Source: a virus
Taxonomy: Duplodnaviria; Caudoviricetes
Direction: 5' to 3' (one strand)
Virus record (IMG/VR): IMGVR_UViG_3300025674_000053
Span: 1-54,717 of that record
DNA length: 54,717 nt
Shown here: positions 49,001 through 54,717 of the stretch, piece after piece
How positions within the stretch are numbered: the first letter of the stretch is position 1
Layout of the letters: the number at the start of each line of letters is the position of its first letter
Program-made: the position numbers and the translations under genes
The notes under the pieces: generated by a model
Seen by the model: the letters and a program-made list of their open reading frames with translations, nothing else
Databases searched by the model: none
Told to the model about the DNA's origin: nothing

Positions 49001-50937
49001 GTAAATGATGTACTTCCTGTGTATTCTGTTAGTCTTGCTGTATCATACGAAGTATTTCTCGCTGTATTTGTATTGACAGCAGCAAGTGCTGTATTTCTAG
49101 AAGTGTTTGTAGCAAAAGCAGTATTGTACGAAGTACTATTCGTGAAGCCTGTACTTCTTGATGTATTCGTAGCAAACGCTGTATTGTAGGATGTACTGTT
49201 TGTAAAGCCTGTACTTCTTGATGTATTCGTAGCAAAAGCAGTATTATATGATGTAGAGTTTGTAAAGCCTGTACTTCTACTTGTGTTTGTAGACTGTGTA
49301 GTAGTATACGAAGTATTTACTGCATCTAACGCTGTATTTCTAGATGTATTGGTAGACTGAGTAGTAGTATAGTTTGTATTTACTGCATCTAACGCTGTAT
49401 TTCTAGAGGTGCTTGTAGATTGTGTAGTATTGTATGAGGTACTAGCCTCAAAAGCAGTGGTTGTATCATGTGCAGTATTTCTTGTTGTAGCAAATGATGT
49501 ATTGTCTTCGTAAGCAGTTGTTGTACTAAACGTTGTAGTTCTAGTTGTGCCAAATGATGTATTATCTGAATAAGCAGTTGTTGTACTAAACGTTGTAGTT
49601 CTAGTAGTAGCAAATGATGTATTATCTGAATAAGCAGTTGTTGTATCAAATGTTGTTGTTCTAGTGGTTGACTGAGATGTACTGTCCTCATATGCAGTAG
49701 TTGTATCAAATGTTGTTGTTCTAGTCGTAGATTGAGAGGTACTGTCTTCATATGCTGTAGTCGTATCAAATGTTGTTGTTCTAGTCGTAGATTGAGATGT
49801 ACTATCTTCATATGCTGTAGTCGTATCATATGTAGTTGTTCTTGTAGTTGATTGTGACGTACTGTCCTCATATGCTGTAGTAGTCTCAAATGTTGTAGTT
49901 CTAGTCGTAGCAAACGAAGTACTATTTGTAAATTCTGTAAGTCTATTAGTTAAAATAGTCGTATCAAAGAAAGTTGTAAATGTAGTTGTAGTTTCGTACG
50001 CTGTTGTAGTTGTGAGCGTAGTATTAAACGTTGTAGTTGTTGTAAAATCTGTTGTAGTTTCAAGCGTTGTGTTAAACGTTGTTGTTGTAGTAAACGTTGT
50101 TGTTGTATTAAATGCAGTAGTCGTATTTCTGCTAGTTTCAAATACTGTTGTAGTCTCAAATGTTGTAGTTGTATTAAATGCGGTAGTTGTAGTTTTACTA
50201 GTATTAAATGTTGTAGTTGTAGTAAACGTTGTAGTTGTGTTAAACGCAGTTGTTGTAGTAGTATTTGTATCAAACGTTGTAGTTGTAGTAAACGTTGTAG
50301 TTGTGTTAAACGCAGTTGTTGTACCTTGCGTAGTTGCATAAGTTGTTGTAGTATTAAATGCAGTTGTAGTACTAAACTCTGTTGTTGTTGTTATTGTTGT
50401 GTTAAACGTTGTTGTTGTATTAAATGCAGTTGTAGTTGTAAAATCAGTTGTTGTAGTTGTAGTTGTATCAAATGTAGTTGTTGTATTAAACTGCGTTGTT
50501 GTTGTAAAATCTGTAACCGTAGTAATGGTTGTATTGAAAGTTGTTGTAGTGTTAAATGCAGTGGTGGTAGTAAATGCAGTTGTAGTATTGATTGTAGTTG
50601 CAAATACTGTTGTAGTTTCAAAAGTAGTAGTTCTGTTTGTTTCAGTACTTCTTGATGTATTAAATTCTGTAGTTCTACTAGTATCGAAACCTGTTGTTGT
50701 ATTGTAGTCAGTATCAAAAGCTGTAGTAGTATTAAAGGTAGTTACAATATCAGTGGTATTTGTTGTTCTCGCTGTGTCAGTATTTCTAGTTGTTTCATGC
50801 ACAGCAGAAAACGGCCCCGCAAGGTTGCCGTTATCGTTTACATATACTTCATTGACCCTTCGTATTGTGCCGCCATCGTTGACTGCAAGGAAGGATATCT
50901 GACGTAATGTACCACTGTCATTAACATATATTGCCAT
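46072..50937 (-). CDS. Giant Thr/Ser/Asn-rich repetitive fibre-like protein (1621 aa)
   Basis: Uninterrupted ORF. N-terminus IYVNDSG..R...VYVND and C-terminus FWDGSQW resemble phage fibre-associated motifs. Located among late genes. Confidence 0.8.
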   Translation of the reverse strand: MAIYVNDSGTLRQISFLAVNDGGTIRRVNEVYVNDNGNLAGPFSAVHETTRNTDTARTTNTTDIVTTFNTTTAFDTDYNTTTGFDTSRTTEFNTSRSTETNRTTTFETTTVFATTINTTTAFTTTTAFNTTTTFNTTITTVTDFTTTTQFNTTTTFDTTTTTTTDFTTTTAFNTTTTFNTTITTTTEFSTTTAFNTTTTYATTQGTTTAFNTTTTFTTTTTFDTNTTTTTAFNTTTTFTTTTTFNTSKTTTTAFNTTTTFETTTVFETSRNTTTAFNTTTTFTTTTTFNTTLETTTDFTTTTTFNTTLTTTTAYETTTTFTTFFDTTILTNRLTEFTNSTSFATTRTTTFETTTAYEDSTSQSTTRTTTYDTTTAYEDSTSQSTTRTTTFDTTTAYEDSTSQSTTRTTTFDTTTAYEDSTSQSTTRTTTFDTTTAYSDNTSFATTRTTTFSTTTAYSDNTSFGTTRTTTFSTTTAYEDNTSFATTRNTAHDTTTAFEASTSYNTTQSTSTSRNTALDAVNTNYTTTQSTNTSRNTALDAVNTSYTTTQSTNTSRSTGFTNSTSYNTAFATNTSRSTGFTNSTSYNTAFATNTSRSTGFTNSTSYNTAFATNTSRNTALAAVNTNTARNTSYDTARLTEYTGSTSFTNSTSFGTNTSFATAFATNTSRVSEFTANTSRNTATSRSTNTSNSTSFATNTARTTEYTANTTRNTNTARGTNTSRSTSFATNTARTTEFAANTTRNTNTARNTNTSNSTGFTNNTTRNTNTARSTGFTNNTTRNTNTARSTGFTNNTSFGTSRATNTSHVTTTSFTYTYFSYSQGYVQATLFTDTITAGITGTNYNTSQATNTARNTAFTNSTSFATNTARTTEFTNATSFATNTARTTEYTASTGFTNSTSFGTNTSVSTGFTNNTARTTEYTDNTGFTNSTSFGTNTSRSTGFTNNTARTTEYASNTSFTNATSFGTNTSVNTAFTNNTTRVTEDLAGTTRNTATSRNTNTSNNTSFATTRSTGFTNSTNTSRLTQYTDNTSQATTRNTATSRTTEYTDNTSQATTRNTATSRLTEYSDNTSQATTRNTATSRTTVFTDNTSFATTRSTNTSRLTQYTDNTSFTTARSTNTSRTTVFTNNTSFATTRTTNTSATTDTIISTSYTTTQVTNTSRTSNTSQSTSYTTTQSTNTSRTSNTAQSTSYTTTQSTNTSRTSSTAQSTSYNTSFTTNTSKTTGTSQSTSYNTSFTTNTSRTSSTAQSTSYNTSFTTNTSRTSSTAQSTSYNTSFTTNTSRTSNTAQSTSYNTTQTTNTSRTTEFETTYQTSRLSSRSTGTSRDTTTVFNTARGTVTDRDTTTTFNTSRLSDTTRTTGTDKSTSTTFNTSRVSDTTRTTGTSKDTTTVFNTTQSTDTSNATLTSRDTTTVYATSQGTLTTRSTGTSKSTTTTFDTNTTTGTSKSTLTSKDTVSTYNTSRLSETTRGTVTSKDTVSTFATSRDSLTSRGTVTSQDTVSTYETSRASLTSRSTGSSRDTTSTFNTSRATETSRTTVFNTTTTFNTTRTTTYATGQSTTTTIQTTRDTDTTRTTTPTTTTTFETGTQVFERITASAAGTIFDTEVSSAEAFNASFWDGSQWSED
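47035..47890 (-). repeat. 60-nt (20-aa) coding tandem repeats, C-terminal arm (8 + 6 units)
   Basis: Units STSY[NT]T[ST][FQ]xTNTSRTSxTAQ and TSRxTxYTDNTS[QF]ATTRxTx are visible as vertical alignment in the 60-column lines. Confidence 0.9.
49090..49920 (-). repeat. 60-nt (20-aa) coding tandem repeats, N-terminal arm (8 + 6 units)
   Basis: Units S[FQ]xTTRTTTFDTTTAYEDxT and TSYxTx[QF]xTNTSRxTxxxxx. Confidence 0.9.
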
Positions 50938-50940
50938 CTC

Positions 50941-51162
50941 TTAACTCGAATATACAAACCATACATGACCGTCACTCGTGCCGGAAGTATTTGTTGGTGC
51001 GGTTGTTGTAATTGTAAAAGGTAGTCTAGCTTTTGCGATAGTACCTGAGCCTACCTTACTAGCTGCGACAGACCCTTCGAAGTTTCTACTTGCGTCAATT
51101 ACGTCAGCACCATCAATTTTGATACCAGCGTCCTCGATATTAAAATCTAATTTTTGTCCCAT
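50941..51162 (-). CDS. Small tail-fibre-associated protein
   Basis: GAGGT SD; C-terminal TTAP....DGHVWFVY motif typical of fibre proteins. Confidence 0.6.
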   Translation of the reverse strand: MGQKLDFNIEDAGIKIDGADVIDASRNFEGSVAASKVGSGTIAKARLPFTITTTAPTNTSGTSDGHVWFVYSS

Positions 51163-51163
51163 G

Positions 51164-54100
51164 TTATACCTCTATTGTTGTCCTTATAAACTTGAACGCC
51201 ATAGTATCTGTACTTGCTGGCGTTGCTCTTAATCTTACATTTCCTGAATTTATATCCGCATCAAATGTTGCCTGCGCTCCATTTTCAAAAATAGATGCGT
51301 ACTGTGTTAAGTATACATCAGTTCCGTCATGGAATAATAAAATTTCAATTGCTTGAAAATCTGTGTCTGTTGAATTATGTACCTGTACTAAATACTTAGC
51401 AGTTCTAAATGTAGCTACTGCAAAACTATCTAATGTAAACTGTGCTGTTGCAGATGAACTTCCTGAGCCTACACTCATACCAGCTACTTCATCTAAGTGA
51501 AGCATTTGTGGTGGATTACTATCTCTTACACCTAGTGTTTGTATATTTGTAATATCTCCTGTACCATTACCTAGATTTAAATCTCCAGTAAAGTTAATAT
51601 TACCTGACATTGTTTTACCACCAAGTGCTGCACTTGATAGTTGTGTAGTAGTTACAGAATTATTTGCAATCTCACTTGACCCAACAGCGTTTGCTGCTAT
51701 CTTTGCTGCTGTAACTGCATTAGCTGCTATTGAGCCTGTTGCTACTTGTGCACCACCAATTTTTGCTGTTGTAACTGCATCATCTGCTAAATGTATAGTA
51801 TCAATACTACCACTTATTAATTCTGCACTATCAACTGAGTTAGATGCTAAATCGCCTGCTGCAATAGTACCGTCAGCTATTTGTGTAGTTGTAATAGAAC
51901 CGTCTGGTATTTTTGCTGCTGTTATAGCGTTATCTGCAATTTCTGCTGTTCCTACAACACCGTTTTGGATTATGCCAGCTGTGACCGAGTTAAGTGCTAT
52001 TTCGCTTGTTCCGACAGCATTACCAGCTATCTTTGCACTTGTTACTGAATTATCTCCAATATGTATAGTATCAATTGAACCTGTTACGAGTTCTGCTGAA
52101 TCTACTGAGTTTGCAGCTAGTTCTGTTGCTGATATAGAACCTGCAACTATTTTTGATTGTGTTACTGAGTTATTAGCTAAATCTGCTGTTACAATAGAGC
52201 CATTTACTATTTTTGATGAGTCTACTGAATTAGCCGCTAGTTTACCTAGTGTTACTTGTGCGTCTGCAATATGTATTGTATCAATACTGCCTGAAACTAT
52301 CTCACCACTATCTACTGAATTTGCTGCTAAGTGACCTCCATTTATAAGGCCATTTGCTATTTGTCCAGCAGAATCTATAGCATTATCTGCTATTTTTGAA
52401 CTTACTATTTGGTCAGACCCAATATGTCTTGTTAAAATTCCACCTGATATAATTTTTGTTGCATTTACATTGTTATCTGCAATATTTGCTGTTAAGATTG
52501 TATTGGCTGCTATCTCAGCTGTTGTAATACTTCCTGCTACAATCTTACTTGCATTTACAGTATTGTTTGCTATTGCACTTGCTGTACCTGTTAAGTTACC
52601 TGTAACATTTCCTTCTACGTTTGCTACAAGTGTTCCGACTGCATATCCTGTACCTTCTGTATTTACTGTTGTGGTTGGCGCAGTCTGTAAATCTTTAAAT
52701 ATTTTCCACTTACCTGAGTCTCCAGCATCTCTGAAGAAACCTGAGTATTTGTCTGTTCCTGATTGGTCGTATAGTCCATAGAAACCAATGTCAACTGAAT
52801 CTGCTGAATCATTTGTTGTTGCTAATGCAAGTAGTGGGTCTGCTACATTAATTGTTGTAGAAGATACTGTAGTTGTTGTTCCTGATACAGTTAAGTTTCC
52901 AGATAATACTACATTACCTGAGAAAGTCTGTCCACCAAGTGCTGTACTTGCTAGTTCGCTTGTTCCTATACTGTTTGCGGCTATTTCTGAACTACCTACT
53001 GCATTTGCTTGAATTTTTGCTGATGTAACTGAGTTACCTGCTAGTTGATTAGTATTAATTAAACCGTCTTGAATAAATGCAACACTGTTGATTGCATTAT
53101 CTGCTATTTTGTTTGCTGTTACAGAATCAGTCGCTAGTTCACTTGAACCTACTTGTCCTGCTCCGATTTTTCCTGCAGTAACAGAGTTAGCAGCTAAATG
53201 TATAGCATCTATACTACCTGTAACAAGTTCTGCTGAGTCTACTGAGTTTGCAGCTATTTGTAAAGCGCCTACAGCATCAGTTGCTATGTGTGATGAATCT
53301 ATAGCATTGGCAACGATTCTATTACCATTGATTGCATTGTGTGCAATATTTCCTGCAACAATTGTGGAATCTGCTATTTTAGCACTTGTAACTGCGTCGT
53401 CTGCTAAATGTATAGTGTCTATGCCGCCCGATACAAGTTCTGCTGAATCTACTGAGTTTGCTGCTAATAAATCTGCTGTTACAGTACCACTTGGAATATG
53501 TATTGCTCCAATAGAGTTTTGTGCTATTTCTGAAGCACCTATTGTATTTTCCGCTATTTTTGCACTAGTGATTGCATTATCAGCCAGGTCGGCCGTAGCT
53601 ATAGTGCCGTTGACTATCTTAGCTGAAGTGACAGAATTATCTCCGAGTTTGGCAGTTGTGACAGCTCCCGCGGCGATTTTTGCAGTAGTAACCTGTAAAG
53701 CTCCTATGTGTATCGTATCGATAGAGCCAGTAATTAATTCTGCGCTGTCAACACTGTTTGCTCCAAGTTGAGTGCTAGTGATACTCCCATCAGCAATATG
53801 ATGAGCAGTAACGTTGTTTCCAGCAATCTTCGCTGTTGTAACCGCGTTTGCCGAAATGTGAATTGTGTCGATACTACCAGTAGCAATTTCGCTTGAATCG
53901 ATTGAATTTTCTGCTATTTCATTCGAGGTTATTGCATTTGCAGCTATCTTGGCTGTGGTAACTTGACCAGTTCCAATGTGGATTGTGTCAATACTTCCTG
54001 TTACTAATTCTGAACTGTCTACTGAGTTTGCAGCTAAGCCTGCGGCTGTTACCGAGTTATCTGCTACTGCAGTTACAGCTGTTGCTTGTAATTCAGCTGC

Positions 54101-54250
54101 TCCAACAGAGTTTGTTGCTAATTCTGCAGCTGTTACAGAATTTAAAGCTAATTCAGAAGCTGTAATAGCATTGGCCGCAATCTTACTTGCAACTACACTA
54201 TTGTTACCTATTGAATCTTGTTGTACTAAAAACTTACCTATTAACGGCAT
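51164..54250 (-). CDS. Long tail fibre-like protein with 10-aa repeats
   Basis: Many (A/G)xN(S/A)(V/I)TxAK(I/L) decamers, central GNLTVSGTTTTV...DIGFYG domain, C-terminal FRTAKYLVQV domain. ATG at 54250. Confidence 0.75.
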   Translation of the reverse strand: MPLIGKFLVQQDSIGNNSVVASKIAANAITASELALNSVTAAELATNSVGAAELQATAVTAVADNSVTAAGLAANSVDSSELVTGSIDTIHIGTGQVTTAKIAANAITSNEIAENSIDSSEIATGSIDTIHISANAVTTAKIAGNNVTAHHIADGSITSTQLGANSVDSAELITGSIDTIHIGALQVTTAKIAAGAVTTAKLGDNSVTSAKIVNGTIATADLADNAITSAKIAENTIGASEIAQNSIGAIHIPSGTVTADLLAANSVDSAELVSGGIDTIHLADDAVTSAKIADSTIVAGNIAHNAINGNRIVANAIDSSHIATDAVGALQIAANSVDSAELVTGSIDAIHLAANSVTAGKIGAGQVGSSELATDSVTANKIADNAINSVAFIQDGLINTNQLAGNSVTSAKIQANAVGSSEIAANSIGTSELASTALGGQTFSGNVVLSGNLTVSGTTTTVSSTTINVADPLLALATTNDSADSVDIGFYGLYDQSGTDKYSGFFRDAGDSGKWKIFKDLQTAPTTTVNTEGTGYAVGTLVANVEGNVTGNLTGTASAIANNTVNASKIVAGSITTAEIAANTILTANIADNNVNATKIISGGILTRHIGSDQIVSSKIADNAIDSAGQIANGLINGGHLAANSVDSGEIVSGSIDTIHIADAQVTLGKLAANSVDSSKIVNGSIVTADLANNSVTQSKIVAGSISATELAANSVDSAELVTGSIDTIHIGDNSVTSAKIAGNAVGTSEIALNSVTAGIIQNGVVGTAEIADNAITAAKIPDGSITTTQIADGTIAAGDLASNSVDSAELISGSIDTIHLADDAVTTAKIGGAQVATGSIAANAVTAAKIAANAVGSSEIANNSVTTTQLSSAALGGKTMSGNINFTGDLNLGNGTGDITNIQTLGVRDSNPPQMLHLDEVAGMSVGSGSSSATAQFTLDSFAVATFRTAKYLVQVHNSTDTDFQAIEILLFHDGTDVYLTQYASIFENGAQATFDADINSGNVRLRATPASTDTMAFKFIRTTIEV

Positions 54251-54251
54251 C

Positions 54252-54584
54252 TTATGTTTGCTCCAAATACGATAGAACGACATCTACCGAACTTGCCGTG
54301 TTTGACGAAACTTTTATAATATCCCCTGCTTCTAAAACGACTTTTGCGTCGCCTCCTATTGGTGCAAGTGTTGAACCTGCTGGTATCTCTACTCCGTTCA
54401 CAATTGAGGCATGATGGTCTGAACTAGCATTATAAAACTGACAAGTAACAGTAATATCTGCTCCTGCAGTATTACATAAATATAATCCGATTATTGTTGT
54501 AGTTGTACTTGATGGACAAGTGTATACAGAGGTTAAACTTGTACCTACGTCAACTCCTGTCGCTGTTTTAAATGCTGATGCCAT
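54252..54584 (-). CDS. Small virion structural protein
   Basis: VYTCP....TIIGL.LCN...KVVLEAGD.I.V pattern common in aquatic phage tail modules. Confidence 0.6.
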   Translation of the reverse strand: MASAFKTATGVDVGTSLTSVYTCPSSTTTTIIGLYLCNTAGADITVTCQFYNASSDHHASIVNGVEIPAGSTLAPIGGDAKVVLEAGDIIKVSSNTASSVDVVLSYLEQT

Positions 54585-54588
54585 ATCT

Positions 54589-54717
54589 CTATCCTAATGC
54601 TATTGAGAAAGCAACCAGGTCGTCTGTTGTTAACGCTCCTGGTACATGACTTGCTAGTACTACTACTGAGCCATTTGATGCTTTCGTATAAATCTTTTGG
54701 TCAGCCACATTCATAGC
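54589..54717 (-). CDS. Partial tail-associated protein (C-terminal 42 aa)
   Basis: Open frame from the window edge: AMNVADQKIYTK...VAFSIALG*. Confidence 0.55.
   Translation of the reverse strand, partial: AMNVADQKIYTKASNGSVVVLASHVPGALTTDDLVAFSIALG

Noticed and set aside
47035-49920. 60-nt periodic repeats as a CRISPR array
   Set aside because: No unique spacers, units are in-frame coding with synonymous variation, and no cas genes are present.
46186-50717. Val-rich, Cys-rich and Gln/Leu-rich ORFs on the opposite strand or alternative frames of the Thr-rich gene
   Set aside because: They are shadows of ACN-codon repeats, with no SD and low complexity.
46072-50937. Ice-binding or antifreeze beta-solenoid interpretation of the TxT-rich repeats
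   Set aside because: Not excluded as a function, but mixed periods and long-range mirror complementarity fit a hairpin better than a local solenoid.
51972-54275. Long + strand ORFs antisense to the tail fibre
   Set aside because: Antisense shadows of Ala/Ser/Thr/Ile repeats.
1-54717. Stop-codon reassignment, DGR, tRNA genes, integrase
   Set aside because: Core genes are intact in the standard code and use all three stops. No reverse transcriptase, cloverleaf or recombinase was recognised by eye.

Overview
This is an AT-rich fragment of a lytic T5-like (Demerecviridae-type) dsDNA phage genome, probably aquatic or marine (inferred from gene content). The + strand (to about 44.1 kb) carries lysis genes and the T5-syntenic replication block: D2, D3, PC4-like, split NAD-ligase A/B, D5, helicase, primase, family A polymerase, D10-D15, nrdAB. 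A family of near-consensus sigma70-type promoters drives it, several predicting leaderless mRNAs. Auxiliary genes include ribosomal protein bS21, Hsp20, peroxiredoxin, glutaredoxin and a pyrimidine-dimer glycosylase. Many modification enzymes are interspersed: several glycosyltransferases including GT29-like and KpsS-like, sulfotransferase-like, carbamoyltransferase, SGNH, methyltransferase, cytidylyltransferase, amidotransferase and 2OG/JmjC oxygenases. The - strand (44.1 kb to the end) carries late or fibre genes. The standout is a 1621-aa Thr-rich protein whose repeat blocks are mirror-symmetric about a central YSQGY turn, with exact F/Q cross-arm complementarity at 14 of 14 repeats. This suggests a giant self-pairing beta-hairpin filament, and it sits next to a glycosyltransferase cluster. 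All calls come from motif recognition and synteny; no searches were run. No tRNA, rRNA or CRISPR array was seen.
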